DNA of 64,000 bases from Octopus sinensis (lineage: Eukaryota), in assembly GCF_006345805.1 (NCBI RefSeq), contig NC_042997.1:189224001-189288000 (forward strand), given 5' to 3'. Position 1 is the stretch's first letter, and the number at the start of each line of letters is the position of its first letter. Under the pieces are notes generated by a model. That model was not told where the DNA came from and searched no databases. It was given only the letters and a program-made list of their open reading frames with translations. Below, one piece after another: positions 12,816 through 25,425 of this stretch. A program made the translations under genes and the position numbers.

Positions 12816-13039
12816 TTTACTTAATTCTATCAGATTTCAAAAGCTACTCGCTCCACTTTTGTTGTCAATGTTATGCAAAGACCCCGCCTCACCTCACAAA
12901 ATAAAACAAAAAAACCCCCTTTAATAAAACACAAAAAAACCCTTAACAAAACACACACCCTACCTTAACAAAACTAACTAAAATAAATATAAAACACCCA
13001 CCCAATCCTTCATAGCCATCAACATCTACAGCATTAAAA

Positions 13040-13380
13040 CGTTTGACAAAGAGTGACATCTGGTGAATATTAATAGACAATAATTCGAATAAACAAGCTA
13101 CGAAAGAGTGACGTCATAAAACGCAATTCATACATTCTGGCCACCATCTTAGTATTTGGTTTTTGTTTTGTATTGCTGCCTACAAGTGTCGCAAGTCAAT
13201 GGTGTGGATGACTAGCTGCCTGCTTTCACCTAAACACGAAATAGGTTTCGGTAAAAATGAAAGAACAAAAACAAAAAATCAAATAAAAAGCAAGAACAAT
13301 GTCGTTAAAACTTCCAAACGCATCAGAGAAATGGGAATTTGGTTATGACGTTTTGGCATCTCCCAGTATGACAGGTCACA
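13040..13380. promoter_or_regulatory. Candidate cis-regulatory element in unique sequence
   Basis: Full CRE palindrome tgacgtca at about 13108-13115, YY1-like ccatctt at about 13144, repeated aaagagtgac. Motif-level evidence only. Confidence 0.2.
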
Positions 13381-13559
13381 CAGACACAGACACAGACACA
13401 GACACACACACACACACATACACGTATTAGCGTTTACACACTATATTGTTGCTCGTTTTTTGTTTGTGTTTATACACACAGACACACAATACCCATATAC
13501 ACACACAAGCAAGCATATATATGTATGTGTACATACATATATGCATGCTTATATGCACA

Positions 13560-13657
<98 letters not shown>

Positions 13658-15143
13658 ATATGTATTTTATACATATATATATATATACATGTATATAAAA
13701 TTTTATAATTGATAAATAATTATAATAGAGAGAACATGAAGTGCAAGCTTGCTAGAATAAGAGTTAAAATACTCAAACAAGCCACCAAACTCCCTGAAAA
13801 TCATAACAGACTAACAGAGATCGGGTAAACGAGCAAAGAAAATTTTACATTTTAACCCCGCTGAAAGCTGTAGAATTAGGTAATAGATATACCTGTATCA
13901 TGATTTCGAATTCTCAATTACTACTGAATTCTCTTCAGCTGGTCTTACCCAGTGCTAAAATCCTGAGCTGGCAGAATCGTTGGCACGCCGAGCAAAATGC
14001 TTAGCGGCATTTGCCTTTACGTTCTAAGTTCTAATTCCGCCTTTCATCCTTTCGGGATCGATAAAATTACCTTCTATCCCTTCGGGGATCGATAAAATAA
14101 GTTCCAGTTGAGCACTGGGATTGATGTATTCGACTTACGCTCATATTGGCCTTGTGCCAAAATTTAAAAGTAATTAGAGTATGTTAACAAAGCAGACGAC
14201 ACTTGGTTCGGGAAAATCAGTTAGCAAGAAAGGCTTTCGAACCAAAGGTTCCGGAAAATCGATGTTGTCTGCATCAGACAAGTATTAGGTTAATTTTTCC
14301 CCACCTCTCTCACTTAAAATTGTTTACGCTGCATCGTGGCGAATCACTAACAGTGTTTCTTGCCTTTAAGAGATTGGAGAAGTGCGGAACTCGAAGACAG
14401 CATAATAACAGACAGTTCTAAGATATCAGAGGCAATTGATGGACGTGGATAAACTGATATACTGCATTGACGGCACAGGACGATTTAAAAGTAATTAACT
14501 AAAAAAAAACAAAAAACAGAGTCGATTTTCGGTTAGCATGCGGTGCTTGCTACAGATGAAACTCAAAGATAAAAAAATTTTGATTTAGTAATGTCACGGC
14601 CGCTGCTAGAGGAATTTCATCTACGGCTGATATATTTCTTTTCTTTTTTTTTTACACTATACGTCTATAAGAGATGTTCTCTCGAGACAAATAGTTCAAT
14701 TTAGAAGGTTTTCAACAGTGTATATGCTTTAAGTATGATATACAGATTATTAATATGAACTAATACCGTTTCCGCTGCTAATAACGAAAACCATCATATG
14801 AAGGTAGTTTTTTTTTAAAAACAACTTAGGTAAAGTTTTTAGTAAAGAATCTGGGAGGTGGGTGGTAAGACACAGTAGATTGTGTAGAGGGGTGACAGAC
14901 GAGTTAGGTAAGTCTTGCATAGCTATGTTATGCGGCTGGAAAGTTCATATAAACATATATCATAGTAACAGAAGAGACAGCGATGCAAAATAACGCGTTT
15001 ATGGATTAGTGGGCGAAACTTGTTGATTAAATGTTTGCTACTTTCTCTGAAGAAGTATGGACTTTCGGATGCAATTTTGCCCATATATATCGTTGCTATT
15101 ATGCAGTAAACGAAAAAATAGTTTCACCATTCCAGAGCAAAAC

Positions 15144-15274
15144 CGCATCTATTTTTTTACTCGGCTGAAAGTTATAAAAGTGACTCAAGGCTCAAGTGTT
15201 TTGTGCATGGCACAAAACTTTTAGCCTTTGAGTCATTTTTCTAACTTTATGTCGATTTAAAATAGCAAAAATGC

Positions 15275-15275
<1 letters not shown>
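15144..15275. repeat. Imperfect ~130-bp fold-back palindrome
   Basis: Left arm ...aaagttataaaagtgactcaaggctc...gttttgtgc pairs with gcacaaaac...agcctttgagtcatttttctaacttt around a 3-nt loop. Confidence 0.8.
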
Positions 15276-15329
<54 letters not shown>

Positions 15330-15425
15330 TGCACATACATTCGTATGTATATACTTTTTTTATTATGTATACATGTTTGTGTGTGTGTGTGTGTGTGTAT
15401 AAATTCATAAATAAACATATATATC

Positions 15426-15464
<39 letters not shown>

Positions 15465-16573
15465 GGAAAGAGAGACTGTTTGTGAGTATAAATGCGCGCG
15501 CGTGAATAAATGTGTACAGTAGAATTGGGTTGACTACTCAGTCTTAATTTGTGAAGTTTCAAACATATTTGATAAAACTTATTGCGACACGGGAAGAAAA
15601 TGTGGTCTGCTTTCTGCTTACAAAGCGAAATGCCTTATCTCAACCTATCAACCTAAACAAGACACAGCTGTTAGCATGGTTCAGTACTCTATGGGGTTTT
15701 TTTTGTCGTAGACAAAAATACGGAATGTTTCAGAAAGACATCATACGTAATGATACATCTACCTCTCGACTCACTGTTTCACTGTTCATTGTTAAGTCAG
15801 GATCTATTCGATGTAATCGATTAGATCCCTCCCCGAAATGTTCAAGCCTTGTGCGTGTAATAGTAAGGATTATATTAGATCAACTTCATCAAATTAACCC
15901 TTTGCCTGTCCACAACAGTTTCATATGCTATAAAGTGATATAAAGATTTCCTTTCATAACTCCCAAGAGACGATAAAATAAGTTCCTGTTGAACAGTGTG
16001 GTCAATGTAATCGACTTACTCGTTCTCCTTAAATTGCTGGCCTTGTGCTAAAATTTAAAGCCGTTCCATCATATTGTAGGCATCTATCTTTGTTGTTTTA
16101 GAGTTTTCTTGACATCTTCTGGTGATAAGGATCTCTTTTTAAACTAAAACACACCTATTTTCTTTCTTTTATAAAGAACTGTGATTGTCCAATCGCCAGT
16201 CTAATCACAGAAGAAAATCAAAACTGTTCCAAAAGATGCTGTCTTTGTTCCCGATTGGTTTGATGAGATGTATAAGTTTGATTAGAACTTTGTCGATATA
16301 TTTCTATCAGTCGTAATCTATCTCTGCTTGCCTATCTAACTAACTAAATTATGTTCCTCTCGAAAGATGGATTTTAATTTTCCCCCCACCCCTGCGATAT
16401 AGAAAAAGTTTTCTTCTAATCTTTCCTTAAATTAAATTTCCGAAACAAAACAAATCTAACTTGTAAAAAAGAAACGTATGTGCCTGTGGAAATACTTGCA
16501 TACAAACAAGCATATATAGAGAGAAAGAGAAATATGTGTGTGTTTGGTGGTGGTGGTGGTGGTGGTGGGGGGG

Positions 16574-16620
16574 AGGCGGAAGTTTCAAATCAAACCGGAA
16601 GTTATGTCACAGGCGGGCAG
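16574..16620. promoter_or_regulatory. Tandem ETS-type sites plus GC-rich motif
   Basis: gcggaagt and ccggaagt about 19 bp apart, followed by ggcggg. Unusual CpG-containing motifs in an AT-rich background. Confidence 0.25.
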
Positions 16621-16959
16621 ATTTCACGAAAATTATAATGCTGTATATTTGCACACACATATATGGTTATTCCATATAACTCCGTAGGGAGCATAGGGCC
16701 GGTTTCTCGGTTTCTCTGGTATATTATATATATATATATATATATTCCTCTCTGGATGGGGTGTCGATCTGTTGCAGGATTATTAATTTTTACCAGCTGA
16801 GTGGACTGGAGTAACGTAAAATGAAGTAAAACAACTATATTTTGTAGTCATTATCCGTAATCTACTCCCAAAACACTTCAGTAACTCTACTTTGCATCGC
16901 TTGCAAACTTATATGTTCTATGATCATTAAAGTCCAACGACCTCCACAATAACCAGCCT

Positions 16960-17099
16960 TCAGTTTGATTTCCGTTCCTAGGTTAATCGAAAACATAGAT
17001 TGCCGTGCTACTCATAAACCTTCTCGATAGTTAAATTATTTGGTGAAAAAATACCATCAAAGCAATTTAAACCGCCTAAAGGACGGGTGCGTTTGCTAG
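16960..17099 (+). mobile_element. Helitron-like 3' terminus
   Basis: Degenerate hairpin ccgcctaaaggacgg, then gcgtttgctag|t, as in the 47118-47147 and 63559-63595 ends. 5' boundary uncertain. Confidence 0.45.
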
Positions 17100-17339
17100 T
17101 ATATGATGTAATAAAGTCGCTGATGTATGTTAAGAAAAATCTAACAAGTTCCATCATTTGGTAGCGGGCTGTCAGCAGTTTTTGAATTAATGGATGGAAC
17201 TTCCACCAAGTTTAAATTGTAAAACTTGGGAATTTACATCATGAGTAAACATGCGCAAACATAAATACACACACAAAAGTATGCATGTACAAATGCGCAC
17301 ACACATACACACACACACGAAATTACATATACACATAAT

Positions 17340-17598
17340 AAATAATAAATGCGCCCCTTTTAAAACCTAGCCAGGTTCATGGGCCCGGATTTCCCGGTTT
17401 CTATGGCGTATGTGTCCCCCAGCTGGACGGGACGCTAGTCCATCGCAGCGTTACTCATTTTTGCCAGCTGAGTGGACTACAGCAACGTGAAATGAAGTGT
17501 TTTGCTCAAGAACACAACACGTCGCCCGGTCCAGGAATCGAAACCACAATCTTATTATCATGATGCTGACACCCTAACCACTAAGCCACGCGCCTCCA
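17340..17598 (-). mobile_element. SINE family D (tRNA head + CORE-like domain + tail shared with SINE-B type 2)
   Basis: Sense sequence includes tgttgtgttcttgagcaaaacactt...tccactcagctggcaaaaatgagta. TSD ac[a/t]tatacacata. Partial copy at about 16680-16830. Confidence 0.85.
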
Positions 17599-18150
17599 CA
17601 CTTATACACATAGATAACATATTCATCTGCATGAAACTTAGTAAGAGGCAATTAATCTATGACTATATTTCAATGAAAACACTTACTCTACGTAATGTAT
17701 TGAGTACTTAGTACGCGATGTAACTGCAAGTTATTACATGTATGTACGTGTACGTGTTTATGCAGGTGTGTGTGTGTGTATATATATATATATCTTTGAA
17801 ATGCGGAGTAGATGAAACAGGGACAACTGAAGAAGGGGAATATTCTTTATGTTGTATGTCTCGTTTCTCTGTTTTTTCGTTGTTTGAAAAAAAGTTCGTT
17901 TCTATGTTTTCGTTTCCCATTGTGTTCAAAGTTTATTGATGTCCTGTATCCATATATGCATGTATATATACATATATATGTAGGTATGTACATATATGTA
18001 TGTATATATACATGAATTTATATATTATTTATGTATATATGTCTATATATATTATATGTGGTGTGTGTATGTATATATATGTATATATATATATGTATAT
18101 ATATGTGTGTATATATGTATATGTAGATTATACTATAATATATAATGTAG

Positions 18151-18218
<68 letters not shown>

Positions 18219-18569
18219 ATCGCAGACACACACACACGCACGTCTACCACACGAATACACTACCATTCACTCATTCATAAAGAGAAAGTAAGATGAGACG
18301 GGGGAATTGCCACCGCCTATTAAGTATTTAATTCATCAGCTCAACAGAATGAGAACAATATCTGAATTATTGCTGTGCAATGAATGATTCTTCTCAAAGA
18401 TATACAGAAACATTTATTGACGGGTGTAGGCACAATGCGTAATATTTTCTGCCTTTTTGATTCACGAAAACTATCTCAGCTAAGCAATTGATCTTCTCTA
18501 AATGCATTAAAAACACAATAGCTTATTCAGAACATTATTACAGAAAATCAGCTCAGTATTGTTTGAATA

Positions 18570-18831
18570 TAATGAAAAATAAATGCGCCTTTTTAAAGCC
18601 TAGCCAGGCTCATGGGCCCGGTTTCCCGGTTTCTATGGCGTATGTGTTCCTCAGCTGGACAGGACGGCAGTCCATCGCAGCGTTACTCATTTTTGTCAGC
18701 TGAGTGGACTGGAGCAACGGGAAATGAAGTGTTTTGCTCAAGAACACAACGCGTCGCCCGGTCCAAGAATCGAAACCAAAATCTTACGATCATGGTGCTG
18801 ACACCCTAACCACTAAGCCACGCGCCTCCAC
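18570..18831 (-). mobile_element. SINE family D, full length
   Basis: Collinear with 17340-17598. TSD att[g/c]tttgaata at 18558-18569 and 18832-18843. Confidence 0.85.
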
Positions 18832-20522
18832 ATTCTTTGAATAAACAAATGACAAATTTAGGTGGGGCAAAATAAATAAGACAAAGAAAGATAAATTTGC
18901 CTCTTCGATTCTCCAGAATTAGATTTGAAAAAAGACTCATACACATTAATATCCATCCTTAGACATCATAAAGATCAGAAATGCAAAAAATATCTAAGTC
19001 AAACGAGAGAGGATCGTGGGAAAATGGTACATAGTATGAAATTAATGAAACTCGACTAAATCTAAAAATCGACCATAAAATATTTTCAATAGCTTCTCGA
19101 TCTGCTAGAGTGGTCTCTTCCTGATATATTTACGCACCATTTACGCTGTTAAAGAGAAGAAGTTATTGAAATTAGTCGTTACTCATTTTACCTTACTTTA
19201 GACATCATGTTGTGAAAATTGAAAATTAAAAATTATCAAATTAGACAGTGTGGGGGAAAAAAAAAACATCGACCTGGAATCCCACAGAGAAAAGAACTTT
19301 GATTGTTAGGCACCAAAAATTATCCAAATATTTTGTTAGCAACCTCAATTACAATCGAGTCAACATTGAAGAAAAATTTCTTGAAAAAAAACTACAAAAA
19401 AACACTACAAAAGAACAAACAAACAAGTACCTGTCACTGACTACGTTTCAAACTTATTCAAATTCAAAAACAGCAACGATGCTGACCAAATTTTACTCCA
19501 AAAGATGATGCAACACTTGTAATGCAATGATTTAAAACCGGTAGGGGGAAAATAAGAACTCAGAAATAATTCATTTTTCCCACCCCCACACAGACAGCTA
19601 GTGTACGGCGAGGTCACAAGGCAGTGCCCGTCTCAGTCCAGTCAACAGACCATCGCTATGTGTGTAGCCCCTAGTGGGCAGTAAAGAAAAAAGATATGTA
19701 TGTATGTATGTATTAGTGCAAGTGTGCATTCACGAGTTACCATGTATATGTATGTGCACATTTGTCTCAGATGCGAGTGTCTGACTTCATGCATCATATC
19801 ATTTCTTCATGGTCAGATCCTGTTATTATTTCGGTCTCATGTTTTCAAATTATTTTGTCAGAATTTTGCAAAAGTTACGGTTTGTTATGCACCAAAAAGT
19901 AAAAATTATCCTTATTTTTAATTGGTTGTACTCGTGAAAACTTACTTCCAGCATCCCTCCCTCGTTTCATTCCCACCCCACACAAAACGAAAATAACACA
20001 AAACACCAAAAAATCCCGAGACCAAACACACACAAAATCAAACAACAACAAAATTAATAACTCGATTCACAAGAAAGCTACTGACTGTTCGAACAAAGAA
20101 GTCAGATCTGTAAAACATAAGCCCAAAACAAGCAGAGAAAAAAAACAAGATAAAACAAAATGTAGAACTAAAACAAGAGACTGAATTGCTAAGAGAACAG
20201 AATCCCACTGACAAAATTAAAAAACAAAAAAATTGCCCGACAGAGTAAGACAATAAGACAGAGACCCAGACACTATACAGCGAATGTAGATCAACGTTGA
20301 TATGGATTTCTGCGAAAATTTTGTGCTTTCCTTTCTGAAGGAAGCAAATATAGTCGATTGAAAGCAAAGCAGAAAAAGAAAAAAATAATGAAAATAGTAA
20401 AAAGTAAAGTCAATATGTTACTAGTTTTATCGACAATAACGGCTAAAAGTTGTAATCGACTATTGTATGTGGTAGTAGGGTGTTGTAGTCAGAAAAAAGC
20501 TAACAAAGGGAAAAATATCGTG

Positions 20523-20626
<104 letters not shown>

Positions 20627-20743
20627 ATATATATACATATATATATATATATAGTGTATTTAAACACACATAAGGAATCCACTTATAGGGAATTCAGCAC
20701 GCTAGAAAGAACAGCTAGGTTCTGTAAACCACAAAAATAAATA

Positions 20744-20920
20744 CTACATATTCCTTCAAAGAATACCAGATAAGCCACCCATAATTGGATACAACTCACC
20801 CAACAAAACTCACTACTTGAATGGACCATAAGCAAAACTTGACTTAACAGGATTCAAATAATCCTATCAGGTGGTGCTATTAAGTTAGATATGGCCTGGA
20901 CCAATCATTGGTCGAAACAT
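20744..20920 (+). mobile_element. Short 3' fragment of a CR1-type LINE
   Basis: Translates as IFLQRIPDKPPIIGYNSPNK/NSLLEWT with one frameshift. 3' end ggtggtgc...atggcc-hairpin(gaccaat/attggtc)-gaaac. Confidence 0.6.
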
Positions 20921-20938
20921 CATCTCAAGTTTATCTAA

Positions 20939-21017
<79 letters not shown>

Positions 21018-21018
<1 letters not shown>

Positions 21019-21277
21019 TGTTGTGTGTCTGGGGAGAGTCATTTTCTTTTTGTGTCTTATAATGTAACGCACTCACCGGTAAAATGACTATTGAAAAGGT
21101 TGCAAGACGCAACGAAAATTTTAGAAAAATAAAAATAAGAAATAAGTGGAAATTTTACCGGTGAGTATGTTACATTATAAGGCACAAAAAGAAAATGACT
21201 CTCCCCAGACACAACAAAATATGCTTCAACACACGAACTCAAATAAAGAATCTTAAAAACCAAATCCCAAAACGAAA
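21018..21277 (+). mobile_element. Family E fold-back element (Penelope-style inverted arm plus tail) with hammerhead motif
   Basis: Arms about 21019-21085 and 21152-21216 are reverse complements, followed by a ~60-nt unpaired tail. Homologous to copies at 38841, 43800 and 49127. Confidence 0.8.
21088..21124 (+). ncRNA. Minimal type I hammerhead motif with compensatory U3-A8 core
   Basis: CUA-UUGAAAA-G-GUUGC-AAGAC-GCAAC-GAAA-A-UUU-UAG. Identical at 43810-43846(+); one stem I change at 38935-38971(-). Confidence 0.5.
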
Positions 21278-21290
21278 TATATATATGTAT

Positions 21291-21532
21291 ATGTTGTTGT
21301 ATTTAGGAATGGTCATGTTGCCAGTTTAGCCAATAAAAACACACGCACTATATATTTGGTGTTAATTTGCTTCAACTTTATTTTTTACATTAATCTTAAT
21401 CTTATTTCGGCCAGAGTTCTTTAACACCAAATATATAGTGCGTGTGTTTATATTGGCCAAACTGGCAACATGACCATCCCTAAATACAACAACATCTGTT
21501 TCAACACACGATTTCACATCAGAATCTTGCAA

Positions 21533-21535
<3 letters not shown>
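21291..21535 (+). mobile_element. Family F fold-back element with a tail homologous to family E
   Basis: Arms 21291-21365 and 21421-21496. Tail ttcaacacacgatttcacatcagaatcttgcaaaac. Non-inverted copy at about 50245-50528. Confidence 0.8.
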
Positions 21536-21609
<74 letters not shown>

Positions 21610-21632
21610 GCATATATTCTTCTATTCTTGTA

Positions 21633-22045
21633 TTCTTTTATCTGATTCAGTCATTTGACTGGCAGCCATGCTGGAGCACCACCTTTTAGTCGAACAAATC
21701 GACCCCAGGACTTATTCATTGTAAGCTTGGTACTTATTCCATCTGTCTCTTTTGCCGAACCACAAGTTACGGTGACATAAACACAGACACAAAGACACAC
21801 ACACTTAAATATATACATACGACGAGCTTCTCTCAGTTTCCGTCTACCAAATCCACGCACAAACCTTTGGTCGGCTCGAGGCTTTACTAGAAGACATTTG
21901 CTAGAGTAGATGACACTTATTTTTTACTTGTTTGTCATTTGACTGCGGCCATGCTGGGGTACTGCCTTGAAGAGATTTTAGTCGAACAAATCGACCCTTG
22001 TATATTTTTAAGCCTGGTATTTTGTCTATCGGCCCCTTTTGCCGA
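21633..22045 (-). mobile_element. Two truncated SINE-C copies
   Basis: cagtcatttgactg.gccatgctgg tail and cagtttccgtctaccaaatccac segment. Confidence 0.8.
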
Positions 22046-22587
22046 GAAAGCAATAATATTGATTGAATTTTATAGATTTCTTTTATATTAACACAGACGA
22101 GATTGTTATTTACTTTTGGTAGAAGTGGGGGGGGGGTCAATTACATTCAACTTGATTGGCGTTTATTTAACGACCTCGTTAAGGTTTGAACTGTAAACAT
22201 AAAGGGCTATTACTAAATACTATAAAGCACTTTGTCCAACGTTCTAACGCAGTGGCTACCAACATTTATCCTACCAAGGATATATTATATCTACATGAAA
22301 TTTCCTGCCGACCGCATGGTTGTGCAACATGTGCCTTCTCAACATATTTTGAATGCAGTTCAATGATCTCCAGTACTTGTCTTGCGAATCCTCAGGGATC
22401 AGTGGACTCCAGGCAGGAAACTGCTGCTCTATGGCGAGTGCTGATGCTAAAAGACAATCTTGGCAAGTGCCACAGAAGCAAGAATGAAGCTGTTTTACGT
22501 GTACAACCATCTGTCTCTTTTGGCGACGTATAATGTCAACTAAAAGACGATAGAATGAAATCTTGATTCTGTTATGTAATCATATTT

Positions 22588-23204
22588 GGTTTCAAATTTT
22601 GGCACAAGGCCAGCAAGTTCAGGGGAGGGGTTAAGTCGGTAACATCGACCCCAGTCCTCAACTGGTACTTATTTTATAGACCCCGAGAAGGATGAAAGGT
22701 AAAGCCGACCTCGGCGGAATTTGAACTCAGAACGTACAGACGTACGAAATGCCGCTAACCATTTTACCCGGCGTGCTAACGATTCTTATTTCTTTATTGA
22801 CCTCAAAGGGCTAAACATAGAGGGGACAAACAAGGACAGACAAAGGGATTAAGTCGATTACATCGACCCCAGTGCGTAACTGGTACTTAATTTATCGATC
22901 CCGAAAGGATGAAAGGCTAAGTCGACCTTGGCGGAATTTGAACTCAGAACGTAACGGCAGACGAAATACCTATTTCTTTTATTACCCACAAGGGGTTAAA
23001 CACAGAGGAGACAAACAAGGACAGAGAGATGGATTAGGTCGATTATATCGATTCCAGTGCGTAACTGGTACTTTTTTAATCGACCCCGAAAGGATGAAAG
23101 GCAAAGTCGACCTCGGCGGAATTTGAACTCAGAACGTAACGGAGGACGAAATACCGCTAAGAATTTCGCCCGGCGTGCTAACGCTTCTGCCAGCTCGCCG
23201 CCTT
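22588..23204 (-). mobile_element. SINE-A trimer with two junction types
   Basis: Junctions at about 22785 (aacgattct|tatttctttattg) and about 22970 (cgaaatacc|tatttcttt). Confidence 0.9.
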
Positions 23205-23374
23205 ATTTTAACAAACACTCGAGCCATTTTTCTGCTGACAATTAAAATTCCACCACTCACCTGATATGTAATCATATTTTACATATCACAAACACAGTCA
23301 CATATACACATATACACGCACATAGACGCGCAGACACACAGATACATACACACAGGCACATACATATATGTATG

Positions 23375-23668
23375 CCTTAATTTATATACTTGTTTATTTA
23401 TTTATTTGCGTTCTTCCTCAAGGAAGATAAAAGCTTCATCTCTGGAATTTGGAGAGCGACAACGATAACTGTTACATGTCGAACTTTAAGAGATTTGAAT
23501 ATTTTTGTTATTCCATTTGCAGATTGTATCAGTTCGAGTTAGCCGGTCCATGTCTTAGTTTGAAAATCCTAGCTTTCCAAAGGTTATCGCTTAGACGTTT
23601 ATAAGCATAACGAAATGCACCAATGGTTATTGGTATAAATGCAAATTGATAACCAGGATAGAGGAGCT
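23375..23668 (-). mobile_element. Dong/R4-clade (restriction-like endonuclease) non-LTR retrotransposon, degenerate 3' fragment
   Basis: QLLYPGYQFAFIPITIGAF...GITKIFKS plus 3' UTR. Bounded by CATA-type repeats on the sense strand. Confidence 0.75.
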
Positions 23669-23850
23669 GTATGTATGTAGTATGTATGTATGTATGTATG
23701 TATGTATGTATGTATTGTATGTATGTATGTATGTATGTATGTATGCATCCATGTATGTATGTATGCATGTATGTATGTATGCATGTATGCATATATGTAT
23801 GTATGTATGTATGCATATATGTATATATATATGTATGTATGTATGTATGC

Positions 23851-23883
<33 letters not shown>

Positions 23884-24495
23884 TGTATGTATGCATATAT
23901 GTATGTATGTATATATGTATGTATGTATGTATGTATATATGTATGTATGTATGTATGCATATATGTATGTAAGCATCCATGTATATATGTATGCATGTAT
24001 GTATGTATGCATGTATACATATATGTATGTATGTATGTATGTATATATGTATGCATATATGTATGTATGAATATATGTATGTATATGTTAATGTATGTAT
24101 GTATGCATATATGTATGTATATATGTATGTATATGTTTATGTATGTATGTATGCATATATGTATGCTATGTATGTATTGTATGTATGTATGTATGTATGT
24201 ATGTATGTATGTGTGTTCTCTTTCTCTTTTTAATTTTAGAGTAAATTTTACCGGCACCAACTCTTGGTAGCAATGGGCAAGGAGAGTATTTTGTTTTAAA
24301 CACACGTCCTTTAAATCTTAAGAAGGTCTTGCAGATTTTTACAGTTCCAGATATTGTTATCATTTGTAGCATATGAACTAAGAATTTGATGTATGTATGT
24401 AAATATTTTATTCAGTTTTATTTCGAGATTTCTTGCCAACAGAAAAAGAGCCGAGATCCAAGGCTCCACCATTGGAATTTTAACAATATGCATGC

Positions 24496-24528
<33 letters not shown>

Positions 24529-25019
24529 TGTATTATGTATGTATGTATGTATGTATGTATGTATGTATGTATGTATGTATGTATATGTATGTATGTATGT
24601 ATGCATCCATGTATGTATGTATGCATGTATGTATGTATGATGTATGCATATATGTATGTATGTATGTATGCATATATGTATATATATATGTATGTATGTA
24701 TGTATGATATATGTATGTATGTATGTATGTATGTAGTATGTATGTATGTATATGTATGTATGTATATATGATGTATGTATGTATGTATATATGTATGTAT
24801 GTATGTATGCATATATGTATGTAAGCATCCATGTATATATGATGCATGTATGTATGTATGCATGTATACTATATGTATGTATGTATGTATGTATATATGT
24901 ATGCATATATGTATGTATGAATATATGTATGTATATGTTAATGTATGTATGTATGCATATATGTATGTATATATGTATGTATATGTTTATGTATGTATGT
25001 ATGCATATATGTATGTATG

Positions 25020-25051
<32 letters not shown>

Positions 25052-25335
25052 TGTATGTGTGTTCTCTTTCTCTTTTTAATTTTAGAGTAAATTTTACCCG
25101 GCCACCAACTTGGTAGCAATGGTGCAAGGAGAGTATTTTGTTTTAAACACCGTCCTTTAAATCTTAAGAAGGTCTTGCAGATTTTTACAGTTCCAGATAT
25201 TGTTATCATTTGTAGCATATGAACTAAGAATTTGCATGTATGTATGTAAATTATTATTCAGTTTTATTTCGAGATTTCTTGCCAACAGAAAAAGAGCCGA
25301 GATCCAAGGCTCCACCATTGGAATTTTAACAATAT
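23669..25335. repeat. ~845-bp tandem duplication made of a compound (TATG)n tract plus two Dong/R4 3' fragments
   Basis: 24211-24490 matches 25057-25335, and the variant pattern of the TATG tract (gcatccat, gtaagcatcc, tatgttaat) is repeated. Confidence 0.9.
25060..25333 (-). mobile_element. Two very short Dong/R4 3' fragments separated by tacatacatacat (duplicated at 24214-24490)
   Basis: One encodes LVHMLQMITISGTVKICKTFLRFK. The other is a 3' UTR sharing tggagccttg.atct...cggctc with the 25896-25990 UTR. Confidence 0.75.
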
Positions 25336-25341
25336 GCATGC

Positions 25342-25374
<33 letters not shown>

Positions 25375-25425
25375 TGTATGTATGTATGTATGTATGTATG
25401 TATGTATGTATGTATGTATATGTGT

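Noticed and set aside
22186-22533. 115-aa and 79-aa ORFs in moderately GC-rich sequence
   Set aside because: No recognisable motif; partly overlaps a decayed SINE.
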